From assembly GCA_003241895.1 (NCBI GenBank), contig QBLY01000004.1, positions 102,210 through 166,209 on the forward strand: a stretch of 64,000 nt of DNA, in the 5' to 3' direction. How positions within the stretch are numbered: position 1 is the stretch's first letter; every line of letters starts with the position of its first letter. This stretch comes from Lysobacteraceae bacterium (GTDB taxonomy: Bacteria; Pseudomonadota; Gammaproteobacteria; Xanthomonadales; Xanthomonadaceae). Below the pieces are notes generated by a model. That model was given only the letters and a program-made list of their open reading frames with translations. It was not told the DNA's origin and ran no database searches. Made by a program: the position numbers and the translations under genes. Below, one piece after another: positions 49,920-60,163 of the stretch.

Positions 49920-50633
49920 ATGCACAAAACCTCATCTCATCGCGCGCTCGTCACGGGCGCAAACCGCGGGCTCGGACTGGAATTCGTCCGGCAACTGTTG
50001 GCCCGCGGTGGTCGGGTGGTGGCAGGTTGCCGCAGCCCGGCCGGTGCGGATGCGCTGCAATCGCTGGCGGCCGCGCATCCGGGCAGGCTGCACGTACTGA
50101 CGCTTTCGGTGGACTCGGACGCCAGCCGCCTGGCGTTCGCACGCGAAGTCGCGGATCTGTTCGAGGGCCTGGACCTTCTGGTGAACAACGCCGGCATGCT
50201 GGCCTCGCGCGAGCAGTTCGGTGAGCTCGACGGCCAGGTGCTCGAGAAGACGCTGGCTACCAACACGGTCGCGCCCCTGATGCTGGTGCAGGCCCTGGCG
50301 CCGCTGCTGCAGCGCGGTGCGCGCCCTCGCGTGCTCAACATCAGCTCGGCGCTGGGCTCCATCGCGCGCGCCGATGGGTTCTACACACCCACCTACCGCA
50401 TCAGCAAGGCCGGCCTGAACATGGCGGGCGTGATGATGGCCCACGCACTCAACCCGTCGGGCATCGGCGTCATCACCGCCAGCCCGGGCTGGGTGAAAAC
50501 CGACATGGGCGGTGGCGACGCGCCGCTCAGCCCCGACGAGTCCGTCGCCAGCCTGCTGCGCCTGGTGGACGAACTGCCCGGCGTTCCCGCCGGCGAGTTC
50601 CTCGACCGCACCGGGGAGCCGCTGCCATGGTGA
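49920..50633 (+). CDS. Short-chain dehydrogenase, CsgA/C-factor-like
   Basis: TGANRGLG, NNAG, NISS, YRISK, PGWVKTDMGG. Confidence 0.92.
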   Translation: MHKTSSHRALVTGANRGLGLEFVRQLLARGGRVVAGCRSPAGADALQSLAAAHPGRLHVLTLSVDSDASRLAFAREVADLFEGLDLLVNNAGMLASREQFGELDGQVLEKTLATNTVAPLMLVQALAPLLQRGARPRVLNISSALGSIARADGFYTPTYRISKAGLNMAGVMMAHALNPSGIGVITASPGWVKTDMGGGDAPLSPDESVASLLRLVDELPGVPAGEFLDRTGEPLPW

Positions 50634-51406
50634 TCCGACTTGTTGCCGCAGTGCTGGTCCTGGCGGCGCTGCCGGCGCAGGCGGCGCTGACGTTCGAAGA
50701 GGGCGTGGCGCGCGACCCGGACAGCAGCAGCCTGCTTTACCGCGAACAGCACCTGGTGCGTCGCATGGATGGCAAGCCGACCGAGCGCCTGGTGATCTAT
50801 CGCTGCGCCGACGGCACGCCGTTTGCGCGCAAGCGCGTCGACTACCGGCGGTCGGTGCAGGCGCCCGAGTTCAGCTTCGAGGACGTGCGCCTGGGCTATG
50901 GCGAAGGCCTGCGCCGCGCGCAGGGCATCGACACGGTCTGGGTGCGCGACAGCCGCAGCGCCAGTGAGCGCAGCGCGGCGCTGGATGATCCGGCGGCGCG
51001 GCTGGTGGCCGATGCGGGCTTCGACGAATTCATCCGCCGGCAGTGGACGCCGCTGGTGGCGGGCAGCTCGGTGCCGCTTCGGTTCGCGGTGCCGTCGCGG
51101 CTGCAGACGCTGGGGTTCAAGGTGAACCGGCAGGCTTCGCTGCAGGTGGGCGGGGAGCCGGCGGAATTGTTCCGGCTCAAGCTGGGCGGGATCCTGGGCT
51201 GGATCGCACCGTCCATCGACGTCGCTTACGGCCGCGACAGCCGCCGGCTGCTGCGCTTCGAGGGCTTGAGCAACCTGCGCACGGACGACGGCCGCTCCCA
51301 GCTGGTGGCCCGCATCGAGTTCCCGACCCCCGCCGTGGCGGCCGCCGAAAGCCAGTGGCGCACGGCCGAGCGCCAGCCGCTGTCGGGCTGCCGCGTCCGC
51401 GCCTGA
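50627..51406 (+). CDS. Exported hypothetical protein, 259 aa
   Basis: Signal peptide (…LPAQA-A), overlap with the SDR stop, beta-rich composition; no family recognised with confidence. Confidence 0.7.
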   Translation: MVIRLVAAVLVLAALPAQAALTFEEGVARDPDSSSLLYREQHLVRRMDGKPTERLVIYRCADGTPFARKRVDYRRSVQAPEFSFEDVRLGYGEGLRRAQGIDTVWVRDSRSASERSAALDDPAARLVADAGFDEFIRRQWTPLVAGSSVPLRFAVPSRLQTLGFKVNRQASLQVGGEPAELFRLKLGGILGWIAPSIDVAYGRDSRRLLRFEGLSNLRTDDGRSQLVARIEFPTPAVAAAESQWRTAERQPLSGCRVRA

Positions 51407-51463
51407 GGGCGGACACCAGCGGATTCGCTGCGCGATCCCAATCGCCGCGGCGATAATGGCGGG

Positions 51464-51937
51464 ATGATCAACGTCATCCTGTTCGAGCCCGAGATCCCGC
51501 CCAATACCGGGAACATCATCCGCCTGTGCGCCAACACCGGTGCGGGGCTGCACCTGGTTGAGCCGCTGGGCTTCGACCTGGACGACGCGAAACTGCGCCG
51601 CGCCGGACTCGACTACCACGAGGCCGCGCGCGTGCACCGGCACGCATCGCTGGACGACTGCATGGCTTTCCTCGGCCAGCCCCGGCTGTTTGCATTCAGC
51701 GCGCGTTCGGAAAAAAGATTCGACCTCGTGGCCTATGCGCGCAATGACGCGCTGCTGTTCGGACCCGAGACGCGCGGGCTTCCCGACGCCGTGCTTTCCC
51801 GCGTGCCCGGGCCGCAGCAGCTGCAGCTGCCGATGCGCGCGGGGCAGCGCAGCCTGAATCTTTCCAATGCCGTGGCGGTTGCCGTGTTCGAGGCATGGCG
51901 ACAGTTCGATTACGACGGCGCCAGGCTCCATGACTGA
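51464..51937 (+). CDS. trmL: tRNA (cytidine/uridine-34 2'-O)-methyltransferase TrmL
   Basis: LFEPEIPPNTGNIIRLCAN, LRRAGLDYHE, FGPETRGL, RSLNLSNAVAV. Confidence 0.96.
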   Translation: MINVILFEPEIPPNTGNIIRLCANTGAGLHLVEPLGFDLDDAKLRRAGLDYHEAARVHRHASLDDCMAFLGQPRLFAFSARSEKRFDLVAYARNDALLFGPETRGLPDAVLSRVPGPQQLQLPMRAGQRSLNLSNAVAVAVFEAWRQFDYDGARLHD

Positions 51938-52047
51938 TGACACGGTGCGGCAGAAAAAGGCGTTTCGTTAATCGTGCGTTAGGTTGCGATCCCCATACTG
52001 CCGCCTGCCCAGACCCTTGGGCGACCCCACAAAAAAGGATCCACACC

Positions 52048-52605
52048 ATGAAACGCTCCCTTATTGCCCTGGCCCTCGTTGCCCTGCTGCCCCTGTCCGC
52101 CCACGCTGACGACAAGCTCAGCTACACCTTCGTCGAAGGCGACTACCTCTCGACCAACTCCGACGGCGGCCTCGACGGCAACGGCTTCGGCCTGCGCGGT
52201 TCCTACGAGTTCGGTGATTCCGGCTTCTACGGCTTCGGCGGCTATTCGAAGGTCGACCTCGACGGCACCAGCATCAACGCCGACACCACGGACCTCGGCC
52301 TGGGCTATGCCCACTCGATCTCCGACAACGCCGACCTGATCGCCGAGATCGCGCACACGCGTTCGGACCTCGATATCGTCAAGCTCGACGGCTTCCGCAC
52401 CTCGGTTGGCGTGCGCGGTTCGTTCAGCGACAAGCTGGAAGGCTCGCTGAAGGCCAACTACTACGACGGCAATGACTTCAACGGCGACTTCAGCGGCACC
52501 GTCGGCATGCAGTACAAGTTCACCCCGACCTGGGGCGTTACCGGTGACGCCGAGTTCGGCGACAACGGCGAGGTCTACACGATCGGCCTGCGCGCCAGCT
52601 ACTGA
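52048..52605 (+). CDS. Ax21/Omp1X-family small outer-membrane beta-barrel
   Basis: MKRSLIALAL signal peptide, LSYTFVEGDY, C-terminal YTIGLRASY; RBS AAGGA. Confidence 0.8.
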   Translation: MKRSLIALALVALLPLSAHADDKLSYTFVEGDYLSTNSDGGLDGNGFGLRGSYEFGDSGFYGFGGYSKVDLDGTSINADTTDLGLGYAHSISDNADLIAEIAHTRSDLDIVKLDGFRTSVGVRGSFSDKLEGSLKANYYDGNDFNGDFSGTVGMQYKFTPTWGVTGDAEFGDNGEVYTIGLRASY

Positions 52606-52627
52606 TCCATCGCGCCACGCAAAAAGG

Positions 52628-52660
52628 AAGCCCGGCTCCGGCCGGGCTTTTCTTTGGTTT
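52628..52660 (+). terminator. Intrinsic terminator (likely bidirectional)
   Basis: AAGCCCGGC-TCCG-GCCGGGCTT followed by TTCTTTGGTTT; A-run upstream. Confidence 0.85.
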
Positions 52661-52681
52661 CGCTTTGCCGGCTGCCACGCT

Positions 52682-53710
52682 TCAGGGTTCGAAGAGGCCT
52701 TGCGGATATTCAGGTTTCTGCTCGCGCGAAAGCAGCATCTTCAGCCCTTCGGCCGGCGTGATTTCCTCGTGCAGCACGCGGTGCACCAGGTGGGAGATGG
52801 GCAGCTCGATGCCGTGGCGGTCGGCCAGGCGCATCACTTCGTCGGCCGTCTGCACCGACTCCACCACCTGGCCGATGGCGGCCACCGCTTCCTTGATGGA
52901 CTGGCCGCGGCCCAGGGCCAGGCCCAGCCGGCGGTTGCGCGACAGATCGCCGGTGCAGGTCAGCACCAGGTCTCCCAGCCCCGCCAGGCCCATCAGGGTT
53001 TCCGCGCGGCCGCCCAGCGCCACGTTCAGGCGCAGCATTTCGTTCAGGCCGCGGGTGATCAGGCCGGCGCGGGCGTTGAGCCCCAGCTGCATGCCGTCGG
53101 CCACGCCGGTGGCCACCGCCAGGACGTTCTTCATGGCGCCGCCCAGCTCGGCGCCCAGCATGTCGTTACCGGTGTAAGCGCGGAAGGTCGGCCCGTGCAG
53201 CGCGTCGGCAACCAGGCCGTTGAAGGCCTCGTCGTCCGAATGCACCGTGACGGCCGTGGGCAGCCCCTGCGCCACTTCCTTGGCAAACGAAGGGCCGGTG
53301 ACCACGGCCAGCGGCACCGCTTCGCCCAGCATCTGCGCCGCCACTTCATGCAGGAAACGGCCCGAACCGGGCTCGAAACCCTTCGTGGCCCACGCCACGC
53401 CGGCATGGGCGCGGCGCAACGGCGCCAGCGCATGCAGGGTTTGTGCAAAGGCGTGGCTGGGCGTCACCACCAGCACCAGGTCGGCGCCTGACACCGCCCG
53501 GGCCAGGTCGCCGGTGGCGACCAGCGACTCGGGCAGCGGGATGCCCGGCAGGTAGCGGGTGTTCTCGTGGACGCTGTTGATGGACCCGACCTGGTCCGCG
53601 TCGCGGCCCCAGATCGTGGTCCGGTAGCCGTTGCGCGCGATCAGCGACGCCAAAGCCGTGCCCCAGGACCCGGTCCCGAGGACGGCGATGGACGGCTTGT
53701 CGGTGCTCAC
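52682..53710 (-). CDS. gpsA: NAD(P)H-dependent glycerol-3-phosphate dehydrogenase
   Basis: [47 protein letters not shown]; GTG start. Confidence 0.96.
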   Translation of the reverse strand: MSTDKPSIAVLGTGSWGTALASLIARNGYRTTIWGRDADQVGSINSVHENTRYLPGIPLPESLVATGDLARAVSGADLVLVVTPSHAFAQTLHALAPLRRAHAGVAWATKGFEPGSGRFLHEVAAQMLGEAVPLAVVTGPSFAKEVAQGLPTAVTVHSDDEAFNGLVADALHGPTFRAYTGNDMLGAELGGAMKNVLAVATGVADGMQLGLNARAGLITRGLNEMLRLNVALGGRAETLMGLAGLGDLVLTCTGDLSRNRRLGLALGRGQSIKEAVAAIGQVVESVQTADEVMRLADRHGIELPISHLVHRVLHEEITPAEGLKMLLSREQKPEYPQGLFEP

Positions 53711-53726
53711 CCGCGCTTGGCCAGGA

Positions 53727-54215
53727 TCAGGCGTTGCCGATCTCGGCGGGCGCAGCGCCCTGCTCGGCGCGACGACGCAGGCCTTCGGCGTAAAGCGCTT
53801 CGAAATTGATCGGCTGCAGGTAGAACGGCGGGAAACCGCCCTGCGCAACCAGGTCGCCCAGGAACTGGCGGGCATACGGGAACAGCACGTTCGGGCAGTA
53901 CGTGCCCAGCATCATGTCCAGCGTGCGGTCGTCGAAGCCGGCGAGGGCGAACAGGCCCGCCTGCTGGATCTCGGCCAGGTAGACGGTCTTGTCGGCCAGC
54001 TTGCAGGTCAGCGTGATGCCCAGGACCACTTCGAACAGGCCCTCGCCAACGCGGCCGACCTTCTGGTTGAGGTTGAGTTCAAGCTGCGGCTGACCCGGCT
54101 CGCTGAAGACCTGGGGCGCGCCCGGCACTTCGAAGGACACGTCCTTGACGTAGATCTTCTGGATCGAGAACTGCGCCTGGTCGGCGCCTTCGGCGCCATT
54201 GTTCTGCTCGGCCAT
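53727..54215 (-). CDS. secB: Protein-export chaperone SecB
   Basis: [46 protein letters not shown]. Confidence 0.97.
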   Translation of the reverse strand: MAEQNNGAEGADQAQFSIQKIYVKDVSFEVPGAPQVFSEPGQPQLELNLNQKVGRVGEGLFEVVLGITLTCKLADKTVYLAEIQQAGLFALAGFDDRTLDMMLGTYCPNVLFPYARQFLGDLVAQGGFPPFYLQPINFEALYAEGLRRRAEQGAAPAEIGNA

Positions 54216-54277
54216 TACGGCAACTCCATTGTTGGATCGTGGGGATGAGCCGGCGATTATCGCACGCCGGCGTGAAC

Positions 54278-54709
54278 TCAGGCCTTGCCCTTGGCCAGCG
54301 GCAGGCTGGCGCCGGTCCAGGCGCCGATGCCGCCGTCGAGCACGCTGACCTTCTTGAAGCCGGCCTTCACCAGCTTCTGGGCCGTGCCCGAGGCGGTGGC
54401 GCCAACGGCGCACACCAGCACCACTGGCGACTCCTTGGATTTGGCCAGCAGCTTGCCCTCGGGATCGACCTGGCTGGGCAGCAGGTGCCTGGAGCCGATG
54501 ATGTGGCCCTTCTCGAAGTCACCCAGGCCGCGCAGGTCCACCACCAGGGCGTTCTCGCGGTTGATCAGTTCGGTGAGCTGGGCCGGGCTGACGCCCTTGA
54601 AGCCGCGGAACAGCCGCATGACCTCGGTAACCACCAGCGCCAGCGTCAGGCCGGCGAGCACGAGGGACAGCATCAGGTTCTGTTGGGCGAATTCGAGCAG
54701 GCGATCCAT
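54278..54709 (-). CDS. Rhodanese-like membrane-anchored protein (YibN-like)
   Basis: N-terminal [25 protein letters not shown]; upstream of secB. Confidence 0.88.
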   Translation of the reverse strand: MDRLLEFAQQNLMLSLVLAGLTLALVVTEVMRLFRGFKGVSPAQLTELINRENALVVDLRGLGDFEKGHIIGSRHLLPSQVDPEGKLLAKSKESPVVLVCAVGATASGTAQKLVKAGFKKVSVLDGGIGAWTGASLPLAKGKA

Positions 54710-54777
54710 GGCGGGCGGGTGGTTCCTACGGCGGGGCCGGCATTATGGGCGCCGCCGGGGCCGCGGGCCAAGCATGA

Positions 54778-55197
54778 TCAGCGGGCGTCGAGGTCCGGCA
54801 GGCCGCTCACCAGCCACCAGCGCTTGGCCTGGGCGTCCCAGCGCCACTGCTGGCGGTCGGTGATGATGCGCTCGACCTGGGTGTTCTTGTTGACCAGGCG
54901 CAGCTCGACCACCTGTTCATACCGGCCTTCGCCCGGCTCGGAGGCGGACTTCACTTCGTAGCCGGCCACCTGGAACTGCTTGTACCGTTCGGACTCCAGG
55001 TCGGTCATCGGCCTGGTGCGGAGGGTTTCCGGGTCCACGAAGGCCAGGGCGGCGTTGAAGTCGCTCCAGCGCACGGCACTGACGTAGCTGTACAGGGCCT
55101 GGTCGCGCGGATTGCGCTGGGCCCCCATCGAACCGCAGGCCGTCAGCAGCAGCAGGGCCAGGACCGGGGCGAACACGCGCAGGGGTTTGCTGTTCAT
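54778..55197 (-). CDS. Hypothetical lipoprotein (NTF2/SnoaL-like fold possible)
   Basis: Lipobox LTAC; YVSAVRWSDF...WRWD...WWL pattern; fold assignment is an impression only. Confidence 0.7.
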   Translation of the reverse strand: MNSKPLRVFAPVLALLLLTACGSMGAQRNPRDQALYSYVSAVRWSDFNAALAFVDPETLRTRPMTDLESERYKQFQVAGYEVKSASEPGEGRYEQVVELRLVNKNTQVERIITDRQQWRWDAQAKRWWLVSGLPDLDAR

Positions 55198-55229
55198 GGC
55201 CGCATTATGCACAAAGGCGGCAGCGTGTC

Positions 55230-55679
55230 TCAGGCTGGGCGCAGCGCGGCGAAACGGCCGCTGAGCTCGGCCACCACGTTGCCTTCGGGGTCGTGCAGGG
55301 TGGCCAGCATGGCGGCGCGGGCGCGGCCGCGGGCGCGCAGGCTGCGCAGGAAGGCGGTCCAGTCCACGTCGGGCTCGAACCGCGCCTGGGCCTCGAGGTC
55401 GGCGTAAAGCGGCTTGAGGTAGCGCACGTGGCTGTCGGCCACGTAGACCTCGCAGGGCAGGCCTTCGGCTTCCAGCTTCAGGGTCAGCAGGCCCCAGGCG
55501 GCCAGGGTCATGACGCCGGCCATGCTGCCGCCGAACGCGCAGCCCTTGTCGTTGACGTTGGCCGCCAGCGGCGCGCTGAGCGCAAGCACGTCGTCGCCAT
55601 GGAACACGGCCTTGACCTGCATGGCCGCCACGGGCGGCATGGCCAGGTAGTGGGCGTTGAGTGCGTCGAGTCCTTTCAT
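55230..55679 (-). CDS. YiiD C-terminal-like hotdog-fold thioesterase
   Basis: APLAANVNDKGCAFGGS, VYVADSHVRYLKP. Confidence 0.85.
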   Translation of the reverse strand: MKGLDALNAHYLAMPPVAAMQVKAVFHGDDVLALSAPLAANVNDKGCAFGGSMAGVMTLAAWGLLTLKLEAEGLPCEVYVADSHVRYLKPLYADLEAQARFEPDVDWTAFLRSLRARGRARAAMLATLHDPEGNVVAELSGRFAALRPA

Positions 55680-55718
55680 GCGGTGCTGTCTTCCCGGGGG
55701 TGTGCCAAGCTGCGCGCC

Positions 55719-56507
55719 ATGGACAAGGCAGGGTCGGCGCCAACATTGGCGGGATGGTACGTCATCTCGCTGCGCCCTTCGGGCGGCCACGCGCCGGTGC
55801 GCCGTGCGGCCGCGGCGCTGGGTGCGCGCCTGCTGCCTGTCTCTACGCTCAAGCTGGTGCCGGTGGATGCAGGCCCGGCGCTGGCGGCGGCGCTGGCGAG
55901 CCCATGGGTGGTTTTCACCAGTCCGGCCGCCGTCGCTTTCGCCCAGGAAGCGCAGGGCGTGCAGACGCTGCGCGCGCGTGCCGGCCAGCGTTGGCTGGCG
56001 GTGGGCAGCGGCACCGCCATGGCGCTGCGCAGCGCCGGCATCGCCGAAGTCGCCATTCCCGAACGCCGTGCCGACTCCGAGGGCCTGCTGGCACGGCCCG
56101 AACTGCAGTCGCTGCCGGGCATCGACGTCGGCCTGGTCACGGCGCCGGGCGGTCGCGGCCTGATCGGCGAGACGCTGGCGCAGCGTGGCGCCCGGGTGCA
56201 CCTGGCGGCGGTTTATCGGCGCACGGCGATCACGCCGTCGCCGGCCCGCCTCCGGCGGCTGGACGATTTGCCCGGCATGAGCGCGCTGCTGGTCAGCAGC
56301 GCCGAGGCCTTTGATGGCCTATGGTCGCGACTGCCGCCGCCCGCGCGTGCGCGGCTGGCGGCAAGGCCGGTCGTGGCCAGCAGCCCCAGGCTTGCGGCGA
56401 TGCTGGCGGCGCTGGGCTTTGCGGCGATCGTGCTGGCGCAGGGCGCGAGCCCTTCGCGCCTGCTGGCGGCGCTGGCCGCAGATGTCGGCTCGGGGCGCTT
56501 CCGGTAG
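55719..56507 (+). CDS. hemD: Uroporphyrinogen-III synthase
   Basis: VISLRP, VVFTSPAAV, AVGSGTA, SEGLL, AVYRR, SSAE. Confidence 0.9.
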   Translation: MDKAGSAPTLAGWYVISLRPSGGHAPVRRAAAALGARLLPVSTLKLVPVDAGPALAAALASPWVVFTSPAAVAFAQEAQGVQTLRARAGQRWLAVGSGTAMALRSAGIAEVAIPERRADSEGLLARPELQSLPGIDVGLVTAPGGRGLIGETLAQRGARVHLAAVYRRTAITPSPARLRRLDDLPGMSALLVSSAEAFDGLWSRLPPPARARLAARPVVASSPRLAAMLAALGFAAIVLAQGASPSRLLAALAADVGSGRFR

Positions 56508-56539
56508 AATTGACGCCTGTTTCGCGTTCTCTTCGGGTA

Positions 56540-57556
56540 ATGGACACCGTGCTCGAGCAATCACCCGATTCCCCCCCGCCGCGCCGCGCCTTTGGCGCCC
56601 TCGGATGGCTGCTGGCGCTCGCCGTGCTGGCGGCCGGCGGCTATGGCGCCTGGCGCGGCTGGCAGCTGCTGACGCCGGTGGCCCAGGACGGTCCCGACCT
56701 CAGTCCCGAAGCGCTTGATACGCGCTTGCTGGACGCCGAGCAGACCGTCATCACCCTGCGCCGCACGCAGCAAACCCTCGACCAGCGCCTCACCGACACC
56801 ACGGCGCGCACCGGCCTGCTGCGTGACGAAGTGCTGGGCGTGGGCCAGCGTGCCGCCATCCTCGAAGACAGCCTGCGCGAACTTTCGGCCCAGGCCGGCG
56901 AAGGCCGCGAAGCGCTGCGGCTGGACGAAGCCGAACTGCTGTTGAGCCTGGCGCAGGCGCGGCTGGGCATCGCCGGCGACCTGGAAGGCGCCATCCGCGC
57001 CACCGCGCTGGCGCGTGAAGTGCTCGAGCCGATGACCGACCCGCAGTTCATCAACCTGCGCCAGACCCTGGGCCAGGAACTGGCGACCCTGCGCGCACTG
57101 CCGGCCGACCCGCGAACCCTGGCCGCCGGCGAGCTCGACGCCCTGGAGTCCGTCCTGCCCCGCCTGGCCAGCCGGGCGCCGGGCGCCCCCAGCGCCGCCG
57201 GCGGGCAACGCCCAGGCTGGCAGCGCGTGATGGATGCCGTGGTGCAGGTGCGGCCCAGCAGCAGCCAGGACCTGATTTCACCGTCCGACCGAGCCACCGG
57301 CGAAGCCGCCCTGGGCCTGGACCTGGCGCTGGCGCGCACCGCGCTGGACCGCCGCGATGAAGCCACCTTCCGCGCCAGCCTGCAGCGCGTGGACGGGTGG
57401 CTGCAGCGGCTGTATGCCGACGACGCCACGCTGCGCGAGCGGCGCGAACGGCTGGCCACGCTCGGAGTGCTGGCCCTGGCGCCCGACCTGCCGATGCAGG
57501 GCGCCAGCCTGCAGCAGCTGCGCGACCTGCGCCGCAGCCGGAACGCCAGGCCGTGA
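56540..57556 (+). CDS. hemX: HemX-like membrane-anchored protein
   Basis: Single TM, coiled coil, EAELLL.LA..RL...GD..GA; lies between hemD and hemY. Confidence 0.75.
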   Translation: MDTVLEQSPDSPPPRRAFGALGWLLALAVLAAGGYGAWRGWQLLTPVAQDGPDLSPEALDTRLLDAEQTVITLRRTQQTLDQRLTDTTARTGLLRDEVLGVGQRAAILEDSLRELSAQAGEGREALRLDEAELLLSLAQARLGIAGDLEGAIRATALAREVLEPMTDPQFINLRQTLGQELATLRALPADPRTLAAGELDALESVLPRLASRAPGAPSAAGGQRPGWQRVMDAVVQVRPSSSQDLISPSDRATGEAALGLDLALARTALDRRDEATFRASLQRVDGWLQRLYADDATLRERRERLATLGVLALAPDLPMQGASLQQLRDLRRSRNARP

Positions 57557-58797
57557 ACCTCTACCGCAACCTGCTCTGGTGGCTGGCGCTGGCCGCACTG
57601 GGTGCGCTGGGGTGGAGCTGGTTCGCGCAGGACATGGGCGACGTGGTGGTGCGCTTCCGCGGCCTGACCTACACCACCACGCTGGCCTACCTGGTCCTTG
57701 CCTGGGGCCTGCTTTGGTTCTCACTGTGGGGGCTGTGGTGGCTGCTGCAGCTGCCGATCCAGGCGTGGCGCCGGCACGCGCGCCAGCAGGCCCGCAACCG
57801 CCTGGTCAGCGGCCTGGAGGCCTTGCACCAGGGCCGCTGGCAGCGCGCCGAATCCCTGCTGGCCAAGGCGGCGCAGGATGGAGTAGTGCGCACGCCGGCG
57901 CTGTTGGCGGCGCGCCGTGCGGCCCTGGCCGCGGGCAATGTCGAAGGCGCCGCCCTGCACCAGGCCGCCCTGCTGGCACACGATGCGTCCAGCGCCGCGC
58001 TTGAACAGGCCGTGACGCTGTCCGGGCTGGGCCGGCACGACGACGCCCTGGCCGCACTCGCCACCCTCGCCAACCCGCTGCCACCGCGGGCCCTGCTGAT
58101 GCAGGCGCGCGCGCTGGCGGCCACGGACCGGGCGCAGGACGCCTTTGCCCAGCTCAATACGCTGCGACGGGAACAGGCACTGCCGCCTGAGCAGCTCGCG
58201 GCACTGGAGCTGGACCTGGCCGCGGCCGCGCTGGACCAAGCCCAGGCCGACACCCTGCTCCAGCGCTGGAACGCGCATCCGCTGCGGCTGCAGCAGGCGC
58301 CTGCCGTGGCCGCCGCCTTCGCGCTGCGGGCCACCGCGGTGGGCTTCGAGAAACAGGGTGCGCAGGCGCTGGCCGACGCCATCGACGCGCACTGGGACGA
58401 AGCCCTGGTGGCGCTGTACGGCCGCCTGCCCGCCAGGCCGGATACGCCCCGCCTGGACCACGCGCAAACCTGGCTGCCGGCACACGGCAACAGCCCGGCG
58501 CTGCTGGCCACGCTGGGCCGGCTGTATTTCCAGCACCAGCAGTGGGCCAAGGCCGAAAGCTACCTGCATCGCGCCTTGGCGCAGGGCGCGGGGGCCGAAG
58601 CTTGGGAGGCGCTGGGCGACACGCTGGCCGCGCAAAACGACAGCGCGCGGGCCTCGCTGGCCTACGCCAACGCCCTTCGCATTGGCCGCAGCGAAACCAT
58701 CCTGGTGCTCGACGGCCGCAGCCTGCGCGAACAGATCGCCGACCAGGCCGTCCCCGAACTACGCAACGAACACGGCATCCCCCTGCTGCCCCGCTGA
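57553..58797 (+). CDS. hemY: HemY-like TPR membrane protein
   Basis: GTGA overlap, two N-terminal TMs, GL.AL..GRW.RAE, LGRL...QQWAKA..YL..AL. Confidence 0.8.
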   Translation: MNLYRNLLWWLALAALGALGWSWFAQDMGDVVVRFRGLTYTTTLAYLVLAWGLLWFSLWGLWWLLQLPIQAWRRHARQQARNRLVSGLEALHQGRWQRAESLLAKAAQDGVVRTPALLAARRAALAAGNVEGAALHQAALLAHDASSAALEQAVTLSGLGRHDDALAALATLANPLPPRALLMQARALAATDRAQDAFAQLNTLRREQALPPEQLAALELDLAAAALDQAQADTLLQRWNAHPLRLQQAPAVAAAFALRATAVGFEKQGAQALADAIDAHWDEALVALYGRLPARPDTPRLDHAQTWLPAHGNSPALLATLGRLYFQHQQWAKAESYLHRALAQGAGAEAWEALGDTLAAQNDSARASLAYANALRIGRSETILVLDGRSLREQIADQAVPELRNEHGIPLLPR

Positions 58798-58823
58798 AAG
58801 AACGGGGCGAGGTTCTTTCAGCG
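58792..58823. repeat. 12-bp perfect hairpin spanning both stop codons of convergent genes
   Basis: CGCTGAAAGAAC-GGGGCGAG-GTTCTTTCAGCG; shares AAAGAACGGGGnnAGGTTC with the 34256 element. Confidence 0.85.
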
Positions 58824-60095
58824 TTCGACGATGGCGGCGACGCCCATGCCGCCGGCGGTGCAGATCGAGATCAGGACGCGGCCGGAGCCTTTTTCCTTGA
58901 GCAGCTTGGCGGCGGTGGCGACGATGCGCGCGCCGGTGGCGGCGAACGGATGGCCCAGCGCCAGCGAACTGCCGACCACGTTGAGCTTGCTGCGGTCGAT
59001 GCTGCCCAGGGCGCCGTCGGCGCCGAGTTTGGCCTTGCAGAACGCTTCGTCTTCCCAGGCCTTCAGGGTGCACAGCACCTGGGCCGCGAAGGCTTCGTGG
59101 ATCTCGTAGAAATCGAAGTCCTGCAGCGTGAGATTGTTGCGCTTGAGCAGCTGCGCCACGGCCCAGGCCGGCGCCATCAGCAGGCCTTCGCCGTGCACGA
59201 AGTCCACCGCGGCCACTTGGGCATCCACCAGCCAGGCCTGGACCTCGAGGTCGTGGGCTTTGGCCCAGTCTTCCGACGCCAGCAGGGCGGCCGAAGCGCC
59301 GTCGGTAAGCGGGGTGGAGTTGCCCGCGGTCAACGTGCCCTGGCCCGAGGTCTTGTCGAAGGCGGGCTTGAGCGTGGCGAGCTTTTCCACCGAGGTGTCG
59401 GGGCGCAGGATGTTGTCGCGCTCCAGGCCCCGGAACGGCACCACCAGGTCGTCATAGAAACCGCGCTCGTAGGCGGCGGCGGCGTTCTTGTGCGACGCGG
59501 CGGCCAGCGCATCCTGCGCCTCGCGCGGGATCTGCCACTCCTTGGCCATCAGTTCGCAGTGTTCGCCCATGGACTTGCCGGTGCGCGGCTCGCCCACGCC
59601 CGGGAACTCGGGCTTGAATTCCTTGAACGAGAAACCCTTGAACGCCTTGAGGCGGGCGCCGAAGCTGCGCGCCATGTTCGCGTCCAGCAGGCGCCGGCGC
59701 AGGCGCTTGTTCACCACGATCGGCACGTCGGACGTGGTGTCCGAACCGCCGCCGATGCCGGCCTCGATCTGGCCCAGGGCGATCTTGTTGGCCACCAGCA
59801 CCACCGTGTCCAGGCCGGTGCCGCAGGCGCGCTGGACCGTGATGCCCGGGGTGGCGGGCGACAGGCCGGACGACAGGGCGGCTTCGCGGCCCAGGTTCCA
59901 GTCGCTGCTGTGCTTGAGCACCGCGCCCATGGCCACTTCGCCCAGCACCTCGCCATGCAGCTTGAACTTTTCCACCAGTGCGCCCAGCGTCTTGATCGAC
60001 ATGCCCAGGTTGCCCACGTCGTGGTACGCCGTGTTGTTGCGGCAGAAGGGGATGCGGACGCCGCCAATGATGGCGACTCGACGGGTGGGCAACAT
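58818..60095 (-). CDS. Acetyl-CoA C-acyltransferase (thiolase, FadI-like)
   Basis: GGVRIPF, RACGTGL, NSTPLTDGAS, HEAFAAQ, GHPFAATG, ICTAGG; RBS AGGAG before ATG 60095. Confidence 0.93.
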   Translation of the reverse strand: MLPTRRVAIIGGVRIPFCRNNTAYHDVGNLGMSIKTLGALVEKFKLHGEVLGEVAMGAVLKHSSDWNLGREAALSSGLSPATPGITVQRACGTGLDTVVLVANKIALGQIEAGIGGGSDTTSDVPIVVNKRLRRRLLDANMARSFGARLKAFKGFSFKEFKPEFPGVGEPRTGKSMGEHCELMAKEWQIPREAQDALAAASHKNAAAAYERGFYDDLVVPFRGLERDNILRPDTSVEKLATLKPAFDKTSGQGTLTAGNSTPLTDGASAALLASEDWAKAHDLEVQAWLVDAQVAAVDFVHGEGLLMAPAWAVAQLLKRNNLTLQDFDFYEIHEAFAAQVLCTLKAWEDEAFCKAKLGADGALGSIDRSKLNVVGSSLALGHPFAATGARIVATAAKLLKEKGSGRVLISICTAGGMGVAAIVER

Positions 60096-60163
60096 CGGCT
60101 TCACTCCTGACGGTAACGGTACGCGGGTATGATGGGATGATAACCCGACGCCACCGTATGCTC

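Noticed and set aside
52682-54709. Rhodanese-secB-gpsA without grxC, and hemD-hemX-hemY without hemC
   Set aside because: Differs from E. coli but looks like ordinary lineage-level gene-order variation.
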